Of a stretch of 64,000 nucleotides of DNA, positions 10,007 through 18,993 are shown in pieces. Every line of letters begins with the position of its first letter. Positions within the stretch are counted from its first letter, which is position 1. The position numbers and the translations under genes are program-made. The stretch lies in assembly GCA_035457485.1 (NCBI GenBank), contig DATIBO010000006.1:754659-818658 (forward strand), read 5' to 3'. Source of the stretch: Candidatus Saccharimonadales bacterium. Lineage in GTDB: Bacteria > Patescibacteriota > Saccharimonadia > Saccharimonadales > EFPC-124. The notes below the pieces were generated by a model that saw only the letters and a program-made list of their open reading frames with translations, was not told the origin of the DNA and did no database searches.

Positions 10007-10462
10007 CTAAGAAGCTTTGTCCTCTGTAAGCTTTTGATGTAGCGATTTCAAGACGCGTAGAGTCGCTTCGATGTCTGCAGTCGGTAGGTCACCGAAGCCC
10101 TGTATTTCGGATGTCTCAATAAGTTTTTTCGATGCCGCAAGCAACCTTTTGCCTTCACCCGTGAGTGCTAACGCGTTTTGTCTACGCGATTCCCTTGACA
10201 CCTCTACGGCTATCCAGCCTTTTTTACTAGCGATCTCAATGTGGCGGCTTACTGCGCTTTTGTTAATGCCAAGATGTTCGGCAATTACCTGTTGCGATGG
10301 AAGTTTGCCGTCGCCCTGCTCAAAGAGACGGAGCAAGCTGAACTGCTGCAAACTAATGCCAATATTTTTCTTAAAAAGTTGGTCGCCCTTTTTGTCGATA
10401 AGATTAACAACTTGGTGTATGTAATAACCGAGCTGACTATATGCGTCTGATTCTTTTGTCAT
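10007..10462 (-). CDS. MarR family transcriptional regulator
   Basis: Winged-helix segment SQQVIAEHLGINKSAVSRHIEIASKKGWI. Start taken at MTKESDAY. Confidence 0.8.
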   Translation of the reverse strand: MTKESDAYSQLGYYIHQVVNLIDKKGDQLFKKNIGISLQQFSLLRLFEQGDGKLPSQQVIAEHLGINKSAVSRHIEIASKKGWIAVEVSRESRRQNALALTGEGKRLLAASKKLIETSEIQGFGDLPTADIEATLRVLKSLHQKLTEDKAS

Positions 10463-10482
10463 GCTGAAATTATAACACACAC

Positions 10483-10517
10483 ATTGTTTACTTTTCAACT
10501 GTACAAATGTGAACAAT
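10483..10517. promoter_or_regulatory. imperfect inverted repeat in the marR/hydrolase divergent spacer (possible MarR operator)
   Basis: ATTGTTTAC (10483-10491) versus GTGAACAAT (10509-10517), 8/9 complementary, 17-nt spacer. Confidence 0.3.
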
Positions 10518-11474
10518 CGTGGTATACTCCCTCATATGTCAATAAATCACAAGGAAAATATGCAAAATAATTCATCCCAGATCACCGTACGTTCAGGTAA
10601 GGCCAAAAATGGCAAGGTGACGCTTGCCTATGAAGTTTTTGGCGACTCAGGCGAACCGCTGTTGTTAATTATGGGTATCGGCATGCAAATGCTTATGTGG
10701 CATGACGACTTCTGTAAGGAGTTAGTCTCGCGCGGCTTTCAAGTAGTACGCATGGATAACCGAGACGTTGGTTTTTCAACACACCTAACAGAACTCGGCG
10801 AGCCAAAACTTTTTGATATGATCTGGAGACCAAAGAAAGCGGCAAGCTACTCGCTAGAAGATATGGCCACGGATGCAGTGGCAGTACTCGACCAGCTCGG
10901 CTGGCGATCGGCGCATATTGTCGGCGGGTCGCTAGGCGGTATGATCGCTCAGCAGATCGCAATTAGCTACCCCAACCGAGTTCGCTCACTTACTAGCATT
11001 ATGTCGTCGCCGTCCGCTAAGATTGGCCGAGCTAAAATACGTTTTAGTATTAAAATAGGCGGCCTATTTGCGCAACCGTTACACAATGAAACCGAAGCCG
11101 CCGACCGCCAAGTTGCCGTCTTCAAGTTGCTTGGTACTCCTGAAAAAAACTATCCTCTGGATGAAGCTTGGCTTCGGCGAGTTGGTGCCGAAAGCTACCG
11201 CAGGGCATACGACCCAGCCGGCAAGTTACGACAGCAATCGGCCATGCTTGCGGCGCCAGATCGAACAAAAGCCTTACGCAATCTTCGAATACCTGCACTC
11301 GTTATACACGGCGACGTTGACCCAATGATACGTCTGAGGGGTGGCATCGCCACAGCCAAAGCGATACCCGACGCAAAGCTCGTAGTATTAAAAGGTGTTG
11401 GACATGGAGCATTTCCACGCCAAGTTTGGGAGCAGATGATCGAAAATATTTGCGCTGTTGCGAAAAAAGACTAA
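10509..11474 (+). CDS. alpha/beta hydrolase
   Basis: Nucleophile elbow GGSLGGMIAQ and C-terminal GVGHGAF. GTG at 10509 or ATG at 10536 could be the start. Confidence 0.8.
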   Translation: MNNRGILPHMSINHKENMQNNSSQITVRSGKAKNGKVTLAYEVFGDSGEPLLLIMGIGMQMLMWHDDFCKELVSRGFQVVRMDNRDVGFSTHLTELGEPKLFDMIWRPKKAASYSLEDMATDAVAVLDQLGWRSAHIVGGSLGGMIAQQIAISYPNRVRSLTSIMSSPSAKIGRAKIRFSIKIGGLFAQPLHNETEAADRQVAVFKLLGTPEKNYPLDEAWLRRVGAESYRRAYDPAGKLRQQSAMLAAPDRTKALRNLRIPALVIHGDVDPMIRLRGGIATAKAIPDAKLVVLKGVGHGAFPRQVWEQMIENICAVAKKD

Positions 11475-11531
11475 TCACCAGATCAAATCGAGCATCGCAC
11501 GCCCAGCTTATATTTGATATAGTCTAGACAG

Positions 11532-12266
11532 ATGCAAAAAAATAAATACTTAATAAGCTTAAAGCACGTAACCAAAAAATACGGTCAAGATTCGAATGTC
11601 GTTACGGCACTTAGCGACGTTAATTTAGATTTTTTAACAGGCAGCTTTACGGCAATAATGGGTCCGTCGGGCTCCGGCAAAAGCACAATGCTTCAGTGTG
11701 CTGCGGGGCTAGATCAACCAACGAGCGGCTCAATTTTATTTGACAATACAGAACTGACGAGCTTAAACGAGCACCAGCTAACTCTTTTGCGACGCGATCA
11801 AGTTGGATTTATCTTCCAGTCTTTTAACTTATTGCCCTCGCTTTCTGCCCAACAAAACGTCGCGCTTCCGCTGCGCTTGGCTGGTATTAAGCCTTCCCGG
11901 CTGGAGACATTGCAAGCATTGCAAAATGTCGGCCTAGCTGAGCGATCTGACCACAAACCCGGTGAACTATCGGGCGGCCAGCAGCAAAGAGTTGCAATTG
12001 CGCGCGCCTTAATTGCTAAGCCAAAGGTGATTTTTGCCGATGAGCCCACAGGCGCCCTAGACATTGCCAGTGGTCGCGACGTTTTGCAGTTACTAAAACA
12101 TATCGCACAAAACGGCCAGACAATCATTATGGTTACACACGACCCCAATGCCGCATCTTATGCAGATAAAGTAATTTTTTTAGCCGATGGCAAACTTGCT
12201 GGCGAGCTTAAAAACCCCAAAGCTCATGAAGTAGCAAAACATTTGGCCGAGCTGGAGATTAAATAA
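11532..12266 (+). CDS. ABC transporter ATP-binding protein (MacB/LolD-type)
   Basis: Walker A GPSGSGKST, signature LSGGQQQRVAIARAL, Walker B VIFADEPTGALD. Confidence 0.9.
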   Translation: MQKNKYLISLKHVTKKYGQDSNVVTALSDVNLDFLTGSFTAIMGPSGSGKSTMLQCAAGLDQPTSGSILFDNTELTSLNEHQLTLLRRDQVGFIFQSFNLLPSLSAQQNVALPLRLAGIKPSRLETLQALQNVGLAERSDHKPGELSGGQQQRVAIARALIAKPKVIFADEPTGALDIASGRDVLQLLKHIAQNGQTIIMVTHDPNAASYADKVIFLADGKLAGELKNPKAHEVAKHLAELEIK

Positions 12267-14674
12267 TGCTCGCCATCGCTCGCCAAACCTTACGCGGACG
12301 CGTAGGTTCGTTCGCAGGGATGTGTGTGATTTTGAGTCTGAGTATTGCACTTTTGATCGTAGTTTTTTTAGCCTTAGCGACAACCTTCAATAAATCGCCT
12401 TCGCAGCCACAAAGATTCGCCAATGCAGCCACGGTTATCTACCCTAATCCAACATTAAAAATTTTGGCAAACGGCCAAGAATATTCCATTACGCCAGATA
12501 AGTTATTCTTGCCGGATGCGGTCGTAAAAAAGCTTGAATCTGACGGGAGCATAGAGCTAGACCGAACTTTCGCCGCGCAACTTAAAGGCTCAACTAACCA
12601 GATAGGGCATGGATGGGCGTCAGCTGAATTTGGACCTTATAAACTTGTAGCCGGCGAGGCTCCCGACGAGTTGCGTGAGATCGTCGTGCAAGATAACCTT
12701 GCAAAAGTTGGCGACACTTTAGAGGTGTTAACAGAAGTAGGGCCGGAGCTCTACACAGTTAGCGGCTTGGTCAACAAAGTAGACTTCGAATCGCCGATAT
12801 TCTTTAGCGACAATCAAGCGCAAAAAATATCGCCACAAGTCAGTGCAATAGTTTCTGATGCGGGCGTATCGCATTTGCAACAAATAGTAGGCCAAGATGC
12901 CAGAGTTTTAACAGGCGCAGACAAAAGTTTGGCAGATCTTAGTTCTGAGCAAGGCAAAAAACAAATTTTATCAGTTCAGATTTTGTTGGGAATTTCTGGC
13001 GGTTTCGCAATTTTTCTGGCACTCTGTAGTATAGCCTCGACTTTCGCCTTTACTGGAATAAGTCGCCAGCAGGAGTTCGCGACCTTACGAGCACTCGGTG
13101 CCACGCCACAACAAGTTCGCACAATGGTTATTTTTGAAACGTTCTTGCTAGGGGTAGTGTGCGCGGTAGCAGGCACAGTTGTAGGAATTTTGGTCGCGCC
13201 AGTTTTTTCAAACTGGCTAGTAGTTAGCAATATCACTCCAAGCTGGTTCTCAATAAATATTAATATTTTGCCAATTATTGCCGCGGTTGTATTAGGTGTC
13301 TGCATAGCAATTGCCGGGGCTTATAGGTCATCACGCCAAGCCGGATCAACATCGCCCATAGCAGCCTTGCAAGATGCATCTACAAATTCAAAACCAATTA
13401 GCAAATCAAGGATAATTTGGGCTTGGGTGATTTTAGTTTGCACAGTAGCGGCATTAGCTTGGGTGGCGGTTTTACAACCTCATATAGCTGCAATTCCACA
13501 AATTTACCTAGGGCTTCTTATGATGCCAGTTTTGGTGATTATTTTATTCGCGCCCTTGCTCGCTCGCCCCATCGTTAAAATTATCACTCTGCCAATAAAA
13601 AATAGCCAAAACGCGTTAGCTACGTTAGCATGCGAAAATTCATTGACATCAATTAGGCGTACGGTTTCGCTCGCAATCCCTGTAGTTTTATTGATGGGAC
13701 TTTTTATTTGTTTTCAAAGTGCGACAAATACTATTATAGCCGCGCAAACAGATCGCAATGCGAGCGATATAAAATCACAGTACATAATTACTGCAAACAG
13801 CTCAGCCGGATTTTCTGACAATGCGATTTTACAAATGCAATCTTTGCCCAGCGTTACGGTGGCACCGGTAGCTTCTACTACTATTTACTCCTTAACCGAG
13901 GATGGATTAGAGGAACTTGACGCCAAGGCAATCGACCCAAGCCAAATCGAGCAAAACTTGAACATTTCGATTTCATCTGGGTCTCTAGCCGACTTAAGTA
14001 AAAGTACCGTAATCGTTACGCCCGATCTCGAAAAAAACGTTGGCGACCAAGTGGATATTTGGCTTGATAACGGCGACAAACTAACACTTACAGTTGCAGC
14101 AATTGCACAGAAGCATTTCGCAGGTGGACCAGAGGCATTTTTGGATTTATCTAATATCGCTGATAAAAATCCTCGGCAGTTACTAGTGAATGCGAACTCA
14201 ATCGAACAGATTCAAAGCTTGGCCGAACAAAATGGAGGCCAAATGCTAGCGAAGCAGCAGTGGGCACAGCAACAAAAAAACCAAAACTTGCAAGCCGGGC
14301 AAACAGGGCTCATTTTAACTCTTTCGATAATTGGAATTTACGGAGCAATCGTTTTGTTTAACTCGTCTTTAATGGCGAGCACAGAACGTGCAAAATACGT
14401 AAAAAGCCTAAGATTACTCGGGGCGACCAATGCCCAAATTTACAAAACCATATCGCTTGAAGCTGTAGTTGCAGTAGTAATCGGCGTTGTAATGGCTGCA
14501 CTGGCAGTTTTTATTGGACTCACAGGCCAGTATTTTGCCCTTAGTCAGTTAAGCAATGCGGTGGTTGTAGTGAACTGGCAAACCATTTTGGGCATGGCGA
14601 CAGCCTGTTTAGCTTTGGCTGTCACAGGTTCACTCGCACCAATATTTTACATAATTCGCAAACGACTTTTTTAA
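12266..14674 (+). CDS. ABC transporter permease, duplicated FtsX-like module
   Basis: 802 aa with two blocks of 3-4 TM helices separated by a large extracytoplasmic domain. ATGA overlap with the ATPase gene. Confidence 0.8.
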   Translation: MLAIARQTLRGRVGSFAGMCVILSLSIALLIVVFLALATTFNKSPSQPQRFANAATVIYPNPTLKILANGQEYSITPDKLFLPDAVVKKLESDGSIELDRTFAAQLKGSTNQIGHGWASAEFGPYKLVAGEAPDELREIVVQDNLAKVGDTLEVLTEVGPELYTVSGLVNKVDFESPIFFSDNQAQKISPQVSAIVSDAGVSHLQQIVGQDARVLTGADKSLADLSSEQGKKQILSVQILLGISGGFAIFLALCSIASTFAFTGISRQQEFATLRALGATPQQVRTMVIFETFLLGVVCAVAGTVVGILVAPVFSNWLVVSNITPSWFSININILPIIAAVVLGVCIAIAGAYRSSRQAGSTSPIAALQDASTNSKPISKSRIIWAWVILVCTVAALAWVAVLQPHIAAIPQIYLGLLMMPVLVIILFAPLLARPIVKIITLPIKNSQNALATLACENSLTSIRRTVSLAIPVVLLMGLFICFQSATNTIIAAQTDRNASDIKSQYIITANSSAGFSDNAILQMQSLPSVTVAPVASTTIYSLTEDGLEELDAKAIDPSQIEQNLNISISSGSLADLSKSTVIVTPDLEKNVGDQVDIWLDNGDKLTLTVAAIAQKHFAGGPEAFLDLSNIADKNPRQLLVNANSIEQIQSLAEQNGGQMLAKQQWAQQQKNQNLQAGQTGLILTLSIIGIYGAIVLFNSSLMASTERAKYVKSLRLLGATNAQIYKTISLEAVVAVVIGVVMAALAVFIGLTGQYFALSQLSNAVVVVNWQTILGMATACLALAVTGSLAPIFYIIRKRLF

Positions 14675-14717
14675 AAGCACATATAAAGATATGCGTCATG
14701 TTACATAATTACAAGAA

Positions 14718-15134
14718 CTAAGCTAAAACGTCTGCGTATCGCGCCAAAACCCCAGCTTTGACGGCTTCGGGCTGCTCTAATACCACTTTCACACCCGGGA
14801 GCGTAACATCGGCATCGGTGTATTTAACTCCCCAGTTCATAAATTCAAAGAGCATTGGCAATAGATCGATGGATTTTTGGGTCGGTTTATAAATTGCAGC
14901 GCTCTTATTGGCCGGATCATCGTGCCTAGTTAAAAAACCATCTTTGACTAGTGAATCCAGGCGAGAGCTTAAAATATTGGTCGAAATCTTTTCGGGCGAT
15001 CCTAAAAGTTCGCGAAAGTGGCTTTTACCACCAAGCACGATGTCGCGCAAGATTACTAAACTCCACTTGTCACCAAGCATGTCTAACGATAACGCAACTG
15101 GGCAGCCGCTGGTTGTTCGCTTTTTCATAATCAT
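14718..15134 (-). CDS. HxlR family transcriptional regulator
   Basis: CPVALSLDMLGDKWSLVILRD is the HxlR N-terminal signature. Confidence 0.8.
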   Translation of the reverse strand: MIMKKRTTSGCPVALSLDMLGDKWSLVILRDIVLGGKSHFRELLGSPEKISTNILSSRLDSLVKDGFLTRHDDPANKSAAIYKPTQKSIDLLPMLFEFMNWGVKYTDADVTLPGVKVVLEQPEAVKAGVLARYADVLA

Positions 15135-15135
15135 A

Positions 15136-15178
15136 TTATAACAAAAGTACTTGCATTATGCAATCACTTTATGTTATA
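15136..15178. promoter_or_regulatory. 43-bp dyad in the hxlR/SRPBCC divergent spacer (probable HxlR operator overlapping a promoter)
   Basis: Core TTGCAT-T-ATGCAA (15151-15163) and outer TTATAAC (15136-15142)/GTTATAA (15172-15178) share one centre at 15157. TATAAT lies at 15175-15180. Confidence 0.4.
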
Positions 15179-15187
15179 ATTTACTTT

Positions 15188-15667
15188 ATGAATGATCAAA
15201 ACTTTACACTAACAATCAATGTAAACAAGCCTGCAAGCGAAGTTTACAAAGCAATTACTAATGTTCGTGACTGGTGGTCTCAAGAGGTAGAAGGCGATAC
15301 TGACAAACAAGGCGCTGTTTTTTACTACCACTACAAAGACCTACATAACTGCGTACTTAAGGTGGCAGATTTACAGCCAAGCAAAAAAGTAGTTTGGCAC
15401 GTACTTTACAACCACTTTAGTTTTGTAAAAGACGAAAAAGAGTGGACGGGCGACGAAATTGTTTTCGAAATTAACGAAAAAGGTGACAAAACAGAAGTTA
15501 AATTTACCCACTTTGGCTTGACACCAAAATACGAATGCTACGGTGCCTGTTCTGAAGGTTGGGGAAACTACATCCTTGGTAGTCTAAAAGACTTGATCGA
15601 AACTGGTAAGGGTGAGCCCAACGTTGGCGAAGCGCAAACTAAATCAGAGGCGAAGCACGAAAAATAA
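15188..15667 (+). CDS. SRPBCC (Aha1/START-like) domain protein
   Basis: VYKAITNVRDWWSQEVEGDTDKQGAVF.. and ..CSEGWGNYILGSLKDLIETGKG. Start taken at MNDQNF (15188). Confidence 0.75.
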   Translation: MNDQNFTLTINVNKPASEVYKAITNVRDWWSQEVEGDTDKQGAVFYYHYKDLHNCVLKVADLQPSKKVVWHVLYNHFSFVKDEKEWTGDEIVFEINEKGDKTEVKFTHFGLTPKYECYGACSEGWGNYILGSLKDLIETGKGEPNVGEAQTKSEAKHEK

Positions 15668-16104
15668 TGCAAGATTTTAAAACATCATTTACAGTCGATA
15701 AAACTCCTGAAGAAGTTTTTGAAGCGATCACTCAACCGCGCAAGTGGTGGGCTAATACAATCGAAGGCGATACCGACAAGCTAGGTGGCGAGTTTACATT
15801 TAAAATGCTGCCGCATCATATTAGCAGCCACAAAATTACGGTTTTCGAACCTGGCAAAAAAGTAGTTTGGCACACAACCGACAGCCAAATTAACTTTGTG
15901 TCTGACAAGGAAGAGTGGAGGGGAACGGATATCGTTTTCGAAATTACTCCTAAAGGCGACAAAACTGAACTAAGTTTTGAGCATATCGGCCTTACGCCAA
16001 AATTAGCCTGCTTTAACGACTGCAAAGGCGCATGGAGCTTTTACATTAGCACCAGCCTGCGTGAGTTGATTGAAACCGGCAAAGGTCAGCCAACAATAAA
16101 CTAA
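15667..16104 (+). CDS. SRPBCC (Aha1/START-like) domain protein, paralog of the preceding gene
   Basis: Same motif pattern as the preceding gene (VFEAITQPRKWWANTIEGDTDKLGGEF.., CKGAWSFYISTSLRELIETGKG). ATGA-type overlap. Confidence 0.75.
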   Translation: MQDFKTSFTVDKTPEEVFEAITQPRKWWANTIEGDTDKLGGEFTFKMLPHHISSHKITVFEPGKKVVWHTTDSQINFVSDKEEWRGTDIVFEITPKGDKTELSFEHIGLTPKLACFNDCKGAWSFYISTSLRELIETGKGQPTIN

Positions 16105-16119
16105 ACTCTAATAAAGTAA

Positions 16120-16153
16120 ATAGCTCGCCCGAATCATGTGGCGAGCTATTTTT
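16120..16153 (+). terminator. intrinsic terminator of the SRPBCC operon
   Basis: ATAGCTCGCC/GGCGAGCTAT 10-bp stem, 10-nt loop, then TTTTT. Confidence 0.75.
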
Positions 16154-16220
16154 GTTTAAACGAACAAACCCGGACCACTGCATGAGCAGCCCGGGTGACC
16201 GACGGATGTCAGTGTTCGTC

Positions 16221-16742
16221 TTACTTGTCTTGCTTGGCCGCCGCGCGACTCAGCCTGCGCAGCTCCCGTTCTTGACAGAAGACCACGTAGGTTGCGACAC
16301 GTTCGGCGAGCGCCTGGGTCGGAACGCCGTAGACACCGCGTTCCGGCATGAATCGGTTGAGCGAGGCGCGGGGGAACTTGCGGTGGAACCAGCGGTTAGC
16401 CTCGTCTGAGCTCAGCCAGTTCACAAAACCGGCCGTGTGGCTGACGTCCCTCATCTTGGTGAGGTCGGCCAGGTACTCAGTAACCAGCTTGCGGCGCTTG
16501 CGAACCGTGTGGATCCAGCGGACGGCGACGCTCAGAGCGAGAATAGGGAAGACCACCATGGCGATCTTGTCCAGCACGGTGAGCTCGCCGCTCAGCGCGT
16601 TTTTGATCGGGGAAAACCACGGCCCGAGCCAGAGCAGAATGAGCCAGACACGGACGTTCGGCAATGAGCGGAACGGCACGCGGTCAAGCAGATCACCCCA
16701 GAACCAGCTCCAGGCATCTCCAACCAACTCGAACAGCTTCAT
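16221..16742 (-). CDS. hypothetical membrane protein on a high-GC (~60%) insert
   Basis: 173-aa ORF with G/C-ending codons throughout. Hydrophobic helices VRVWLILLWLGPWF and IAMVVFPILALSVAV, GAAAGG 7 nt before the ATG, hairpin 16168-16196 after the stop. Confidence 0.6.
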   Translation of the reverse strand: MKLFELVGDAWSWFWGDLLDRVPFRSLPNVRVWLILLWLGPWFSPIKNALSGELTVLDKIAMVVFPILALSVAVRWIHTVRKRRKLVTEYLADLTKMRDVSHTAGFVNWLSSDEANRWFHRKFPRASLNRFMPERGVYGVPTQALAERVATYVVFCQERELRRLSRAAAKQDK

Positions 16743-16816
16743 GTTGCGGCCTTTCGACGTTTGGACGAATAACTAATTTATACCATAAAAACAACAAAAA
16801 ATCTAGCATACGCTGA

Positions 16817-17017
16817 ACTAACTATCGTAGAGAGACTTACAATATTTTTGAAAGCTTTTTTAGAGCTTCGAACGCCTTTAAAGTTGAGCCCAACGCCTCG
16901 GGTGTGGGACTTGCAATCGCCAAATATTTTATAGAGCAGCAAGGTGGAACAATTGGTTTTACCTCCAAAGAAGGAAAGGGTAGTACGTTTTGGTTTGAAA
17001 TACCTATAAATAAATGA
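16817..17017 (+). pseudogene. 3'-terminal remnant of a histidine kinase (HATPase_c G1/F/G2 region only)
   Basis: Frame read by hand gives ..[58 protein letters not shown]. There is an in-frame stop at 16814 and no start or upstream kinase domains. Confidence 0.6.
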
Positions 17018-17031
17018 GTTAGAATCAAATC

Positions 17032-17385
17032 ATGATCACATACAAAAACATTGACGACTATATAAAAAGTTTTTCACCCGACGTGCAAACGGTTTTACAG
17101 AAAATCCGCCAAACTATTCATAAAGCCGAACCAAACGCCACCGAGACTATAAGTTATGGCCTCGCGACCTTTGATTTAAATAAAAAACATCTGGTTCATT
17201 TTGGAGCATTCAAAGAGCATATCGGTTTTTATCCTACTCCATCAGGGACTGCAAAATTCGTCGAACAACTTAAGCCTTACGTAACGTCAAAAGGCTCAGC
17301 AAGGTTTCCGTTAACCAAGCCAGTTCCTTATGATTTAATCGCTCAAATTACCAAATTTCGTGCCGCCGAAGTTACAAAAAAATAG
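17032..17385 (+). CDS. DUF1801 (YdhG-like) domain protein
   Basis: IDDYIKSFSPDVQTVLQKIRQTIHKAEPNATETISYG..HFGAFKEHIGFYPTPSG. Confidence 0.7.
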   Translation: MITYKNIDDYIKSFSPDVQTVLQKIRQTIHKAEPNATETISYGLATFDLNKKHLVHFGAFKEHIGFYPTPSGTAKFVEQLKPYVTSKGSARFPLTKPVPYDLIAQITKFRAAEVTKK

Positions 17386-17450
17386 CCCAACTTTTGTCGG
17401 GCTATTTTATGCAATCTTGTCGGTTGGTGGGCTGTCAACCGGCACGCAGA

Positions 17451-18398
17451 TTATTGTTTGTGCTGATAGTACTCGCTAACAGTACAAAAACCGTTTGCGG
17501 TGTGATCGCAGGGTATAACCTGTTCAAACTCGCGGCCGTTATACCTTTGGAACTTCATGCCTTCGGCCATTGCATCCGGGGTTTTCTGGATTACAACAAT
17601 CACTTGCTCATCTGGGTTAACATCCCAAGGTGGGGTGCTCTCCGAGTGAGTCAAAGCCTTACCGCTTGCACGATACTTGTAAGTAACTTTGTCTCCGACC
17701 TTCAAACCTTGCATGCCAATTTGGTGCGGGCTGTCGTAAACAAATACGTCTGGTGCGATGTTATTAAAGGTCTGTTCGAACACTTTAACTTCATCTTTGC
17801 CATCAATAGTCGTCCCCATTTCAGATTTTAATGTGATGCTATTTTCAGATACAGCAACAACTTCACTGAACGCGCCACCAACAACTTTATCCTTGTTAAG
17901 TGGGTTGCGTGCCAGGGCTTCGTCAATCGCTTTGCCGTCAACTTGTATCTGAGCTTCTAGCTGACAATTACCCTTAACGATTTTAACGACATCTTCGTTT
18001 GTTAACTTAGAATCATTTTTAACTTTGTAGAAAAACGTATCGTTAGTTTTATCGCCAGTAACTACATTAAAAGCATTCTGAAAGTAACAGTTGTCGGCTT
18101 TTACTTCGACGATTCGTCCGTCACTTGTAGGTGTTTCACCGTTAAAAAACGCGTTAATCGCTGGCCAGCCCGCAACCGTAGCGTAAGAGGTTCCTGCCGC
18201 AAGAACTGTAAAAACAAACGCTGCAACGGCAATCGCCGGCTTAGTTAAAACTTTTTCCATAAAATTCTCCATAAATTGCTCACGCCAAGTCAGCTTGGGG
18301 TGATCTGCAATGTGGTTAACTATTTTGTTAGTAAAATCTGCGCTTAGCGGTCGCTGGGGTTTTGCGCTAGATTTTAAAAGATTTTCGATGTCCTTCAT
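17451..18398 (-). CDS. putative anti-sigma factor / membrane-anchored protein
   Basis: 4-nt overlap with the upstream ECF sigma gene. One TM helix (AIAVAAFVFTVLAAG) after a short cytoplasmic N-terminus. Confidence 0.5.
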   Translation of the reverse strand: MKDIENLLKSSAKPQRPLSADFTNKIVNHIADHPKLTWREQFMENFMEKVLTKPAIAVAAFVFTVLAAGTSYATVAGWPAINAFFNGETPTSDGRIVEVKADNCYFQNAFNVVTGDKTNDTFFYKVKNDSKLTNEDVVKIVKGNCQLEAQIQVDGKAIDEALARNPLNKDKVVGGAFSEVVAVSENSITLKSEMGTTIDGKDEVKVFEQTFNNIAPDVFVYDSPHQIGMQGLKVGDKVTYKYRASGKALTHSESTPPWDVNPDEQVIVVIQKTPDAMAEGMKFQRYNGREFEQVIPCDHTANGFCTVSEYYQHKQ

Positions 18399-18919
18399 GA
18401 CAACTCCTTTTTTAGTTCACGCTTAGCTCTGTTAATCCACCCTTTAACCGAACCTACTGGAGCAGAAAGCGCTAGGGCGATTTCCTCATAGCCCAGGCCT
18501 TGCCAGTAGTGTAAACTTATTGCCGCCTTATACCGGGGTTTTAATTTATGCACAGCTCTATGTAACTCGTCATATTGGGCTAACTTTTCGGGGCCGGGTT
18601 GCTTTGCCGCGATCGTTGCAAATACTTCGTTATCTGCTAAAACTTCGTATTTTCGCCGCCTAAGGAGGTCAAGGCATTTGTTGGTCGAAATTTTAAAAAG
18701 CCAGGTGCTAAATTTGTAATCTGTTTTATAGGATTTTAGTTTGTAATAGGCTGCAATAAAAGTTTCTTGAGCCATATCTTCGGCAGCGTCCTCGCTGCGC
18801 AGAATTGCAAAACAATGATGATAAATTGCGTTTTTATAACGGTCGACCAATTCGCCGTAACTAACTGAATCGCCGCTTAAACTTTGAGCTATGAGCTCGG
18901 CTTCATCTTTTTGTTGCAT
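18395..18919 (-). CDS. ECF-type RNA polymerase sigma-70 factor
   Basis: Region 2 (AEDMAQETFIAAYYKL...FSTWLFKISTNKCLDLLRRR) and region 4 (YEEIALALSAPVGSVKGWINRA). Confidence 0.85.
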   Translation of the reverse strand: MQQKDEAELIAQSLSGDSVSYGELVDRYKNAIYHHCFAILRSEDAAEDMAQETFIAAYYKLKSYKTDYKFSTWLFKISTNKCLDLLRRRKYEVLADNEVFATIAAKQPGPEKLAQYDELHRAVHKLKPRYKAAISLHYWQGLGYEEIALALSAPVGSVKGWINRAKRELKKELS

Positions 18920-18927
18920 AACCTACA

Positions 18928-18953
18928 TACGATACAAGCCAGCGGATTGTTAC
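18928..18953 (-). promoter_or_regulatory. ECF-type promoter candidate (GTAAC-17 nt-CGTA) upstream of the sigma gene
   Basis: On the minus strand GTAAC (18953-18949), 17-nt spacer, CGTA (18931-18928). The start codon is only 8 nt further on. Confidence 0.35.
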
Positions 18954-18993
18954 ACAAATCATATTTTCGGCCGCAAAGAGGTACAATATATCT

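Noticed and set aside
16837-17028. 63-aa minus-strand ORF as a gene
   Set aside because: It is the antisense shadow of the plus-strand HATPase_c remnant, whose translation has clear G2-box similarity.
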